Shown here: positions 61,486 through 64,000 of the stretch, piece after piece | Numbering within the stretch: the stretch's first letter is position 1 | How the letters are laid out: each line of letters opens with the position of its first letter | Assembly (NCBI GenBank): GCA_030264375.1 | Contig: JASCQW010000032.1 | Location: forward strand, 71,049,587 to 71,113,586 | Origin: Carcharhinus longimanus | Taxonomy: Eukaryota | Length of the DNA: 64,000 bases | Reading direction: 5' to 3' | Made by a program: the position numbers and the translations under genes | Notes under the pieces: generated by a model | Told to the model about the DNA's origin: nothing | Seen by the model: the letters and a program-made list of their open reading frames with translations, nothing else | Database searches by the model: none

Positions 61486-64000
61486 TAAAGGATAACAGGA
61501 ATAAAATGGGAAGGAAAATCTGTAAGATAAAGCTCAAGGGAGCAAAATTGCTACTTTATCAAAGATTTGAAAGTCTTCAGTTGTAGATTGTTGAAATATT
61601 CCTTTCCTCAGAGTGCAATATTATTTAAAAGCAACAGAATAAAGTATAACCATGCACAACACACCTACTGAAAATTCATTCCTGCAACTGTGGAGTGTGC
61701 AATGATTGTAGGGAATGTCTCAATGATCAACGGTAAAATCCTATTTCATTGGTTTGGTTCTGGAAGCTCTGATGGACTGTGCAATGGAGCACTGATGTGA
61801 TGTCTTATTTTCTCACTGGATGGAGGAAGACTACTAATATCCAGGGTTAGAGGAGACTACATTTTTTGTATTATTCAAGTATTCTACAATTAGCACATCT
61901 TCCCTGACGATACTGACACAGAATGGTCTTGACCCTTTGCATTGTGGAGTATGCAGCAACAATACTGGCTGAAAAATCTTTTTTACTCATAATATACTGT
62001 GCCCTCCACTGATAAGGGCAGTGAGGATTCAATTGCCCTCATGCAGATCTAGAAAAACAGTAGACACCAGGTTATCGAATCAGTTCTGAGCAAAGGTACA
62101 AACTCAGGAGACTTAGAAGAATCAATATCAGGCACTAAACAATACTGATGAATAGAGTAGATGATGAGAGATATACTGATCTTGAGTGAAGGTCTGGCAT
62201 ACTGATTGCTCTTACTCAGTTATATAAGGTGGGGAGCTTAAATGGACTACTTTGAATGTAGATTGATGTTGTGCCAAGAACCTATTAATCCTTTTCCTAA
62301 TCTCTTTAAGTGGAGGAGAATATGAATGATGTGGAGTGTGGAGAAGTTCAACACCTGGATACAAGAGGGATAATGTTCTGACTTCATGGTTCCAAGTAGG
62401 AAGCTTTGCTTGCTGGAGGCATCTGTTGTGTGGGCTCCATATACATTGACTCTCCAGGCTATGCAATTATTCCTGTGATAGCATCTTCTATAAGAGTAGT
62501 GTGATGAACAAATGGTTGTCTATATTATCATCTGCCATTCAATGCTAAAGGCCAGTCAGTTATTCAGGTCAGAGACACAATAGGAATATCTCTAAAACCC
62601 TTTACAAAGGTTCTCTGAGGCACTGGTGGCACAATTTCCAGGTGTTTGGTCAAACATTTAGAGAAGACATGTATAGGCAGCTACAGGCTGGGATGGGGTG
62701 GGGTGGTGCACTGTGGAATTCCACAAGCTGTCTAATTTCAAATAGATCAGTGGTAGCATGTGATGCCCTTTATAGTGACGCATGTAGACTATCACAGCTG
62801 TAGATAGTTTCAACCCACATCAGCAGCATTTCTGAATTTCACCTTACCATTGCCCTACACATCGCATAAAGCATTTAGCCAACAGGATCCAGGTAAAAAA
62901 AAACACAAATACCCTTGGCATTGACGCAGGTGCATTAGAGTTGGGCACGGATACAGACAGCAGGTCTATGTGTAAATATAGCCGCTTGGCAGTGCAGCCA
63001 ATCACCTGTGCAAATCCTTTAATTAGGAGAGCACATAACAGCAAGTCATGTGCACAACAAGCAAGACCACAACAGACAAGTGCAACCACAATACACATGA
63101 AGCAGATGCCTTACCATTCCTACACGATTGAATAAAATTCATTCACTTTCATTCTGTCTTGCAGTCTGTCATTCTTTTAGCGTACAGAGCAGAAAGCGTC
63201 AGTTGTTTAAAAGCAAATAGAACAGAGGCACTTCTCTGCTAAGAAAATAAAAATATCAGTTCACTGATTGTTACGTGTCCAGTGGAAAGCAATCAGATTT
63301 GTTTTTCAGTTGAGAGGCAACAGCTCAAGCCTGGCTGGTGATAAAAGCAATACCTCAATCTTCCAAAGTGTCAAACATCAACATCCAGGAGGCTGTAAGT
63401 CCAAGAAAATAAATCTTTCATCTTTAGCACGAGCATCCCCATTCAAAAGCATCTGAACTCATTATCTTGTTTTTAAAGTAAATGAGAATTGTTATCAAAC
63501 TGCTAGCTGCCTTAATCAACATTTATTATTTTTTTATCTTGTTTCTCTCCTCTTCCTCCATAGAATGTCCCTTTTCTCTGGCCAGAAGACCCTAAGCCTC
63601 AGCCTGTGGTGACACTTCAAAACCTTCCTGTTCCTTAAATTGAGTAATGGCTGTTGTGAAAAGAATATTTATTTGCGAGTTGATTGTGTAGCTGCCAAAC
63701 ATGATACAAGTTCATCAGTAAATGACATTACGAGACGTAACAAGTAAACATCTTTTTTAATTAACATTTTTAGAAAGATAGGAGAGGTCAAAGCTGCACT
63801 ACATGTGGAAAAATAGTCCATGGCTTCTTTTACCCCTAAGTCACCCACCGCGCTCCATTCCTTCCTTCCACCACTTTTTAGTCGTATCTGTTCTTTTGCA
63901 TCAAATTACAGAGGGAGATATCTTAATGCAGAAGTAAGTGACTTTCTCTTGTAAGTGTTTTTTGGGTGAGGTACAAATTATATTTCCACAGTTTTATGAC

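Larger units (their letters stand above)
33332..64000 (-). other. ZEB2: 3' part of ZEB2 intron 2
   Basis: Lies upstream of the exon 3 acceptor. The first coding exon (MKQ...PRCKRRKQANPRRKN) is not seen in the window. Confidence 0.85.

Noticed and set aside
1-64000. CRISPR array, operon or other prokaryotic/viral system
   Set aside because: No regularly spaced repeat-spacer array or long ORFs; the content is a vertebrate gene interior with spliceosomal exons and shark-type SINEs.

Overview
Vertebrate (elasmobranch/shark-type) genomic DNA with several assembly gaps, lying entirely inside the ZEB2 (SIP1/ZFHX1B) gene on the minus strand. Only two short coding exons are present: a 258-bp exon at 33074-33331 and a 72-bp exon at 2254-2325, matching exons 3 and 4 of human ZEB2 in sequence, length and phase. 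The rest is intron: part of intron 2 (33332-64000), a 30.7-kb intron 3 and the start of intron 4. The introns hold many decayed transposons: HE1-type V-SINEs with two different 3' tails, other tRNA-derived SINEs, Deu-domain SINE fragments, CR1, L2 and Rex1/Babar LINE ends, Penelope-like elements with hammerhead-ribozyme remnants, Harbinger-type MITEs and a possible solo LTR. Several repeat-poor, motif-rich blocks look like conserved non-coding enhancers. Nearly all other ORFs in the supplied track are spurious or transposon-derived. I see no convincing new multi-gene system. The best leads are the hammerhead-bearing Penelope remnants on the ZEB2 sense strand, an apparent SINE tail swap, a NAGNAG acceptor on a skippable exon, and candidate enhancers in a V-SINE-free zone. 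Repeat boundaries are by eye (roughly +/-20 bp), and comparisons with human and repeat consensus sequences are from memory and need checking.
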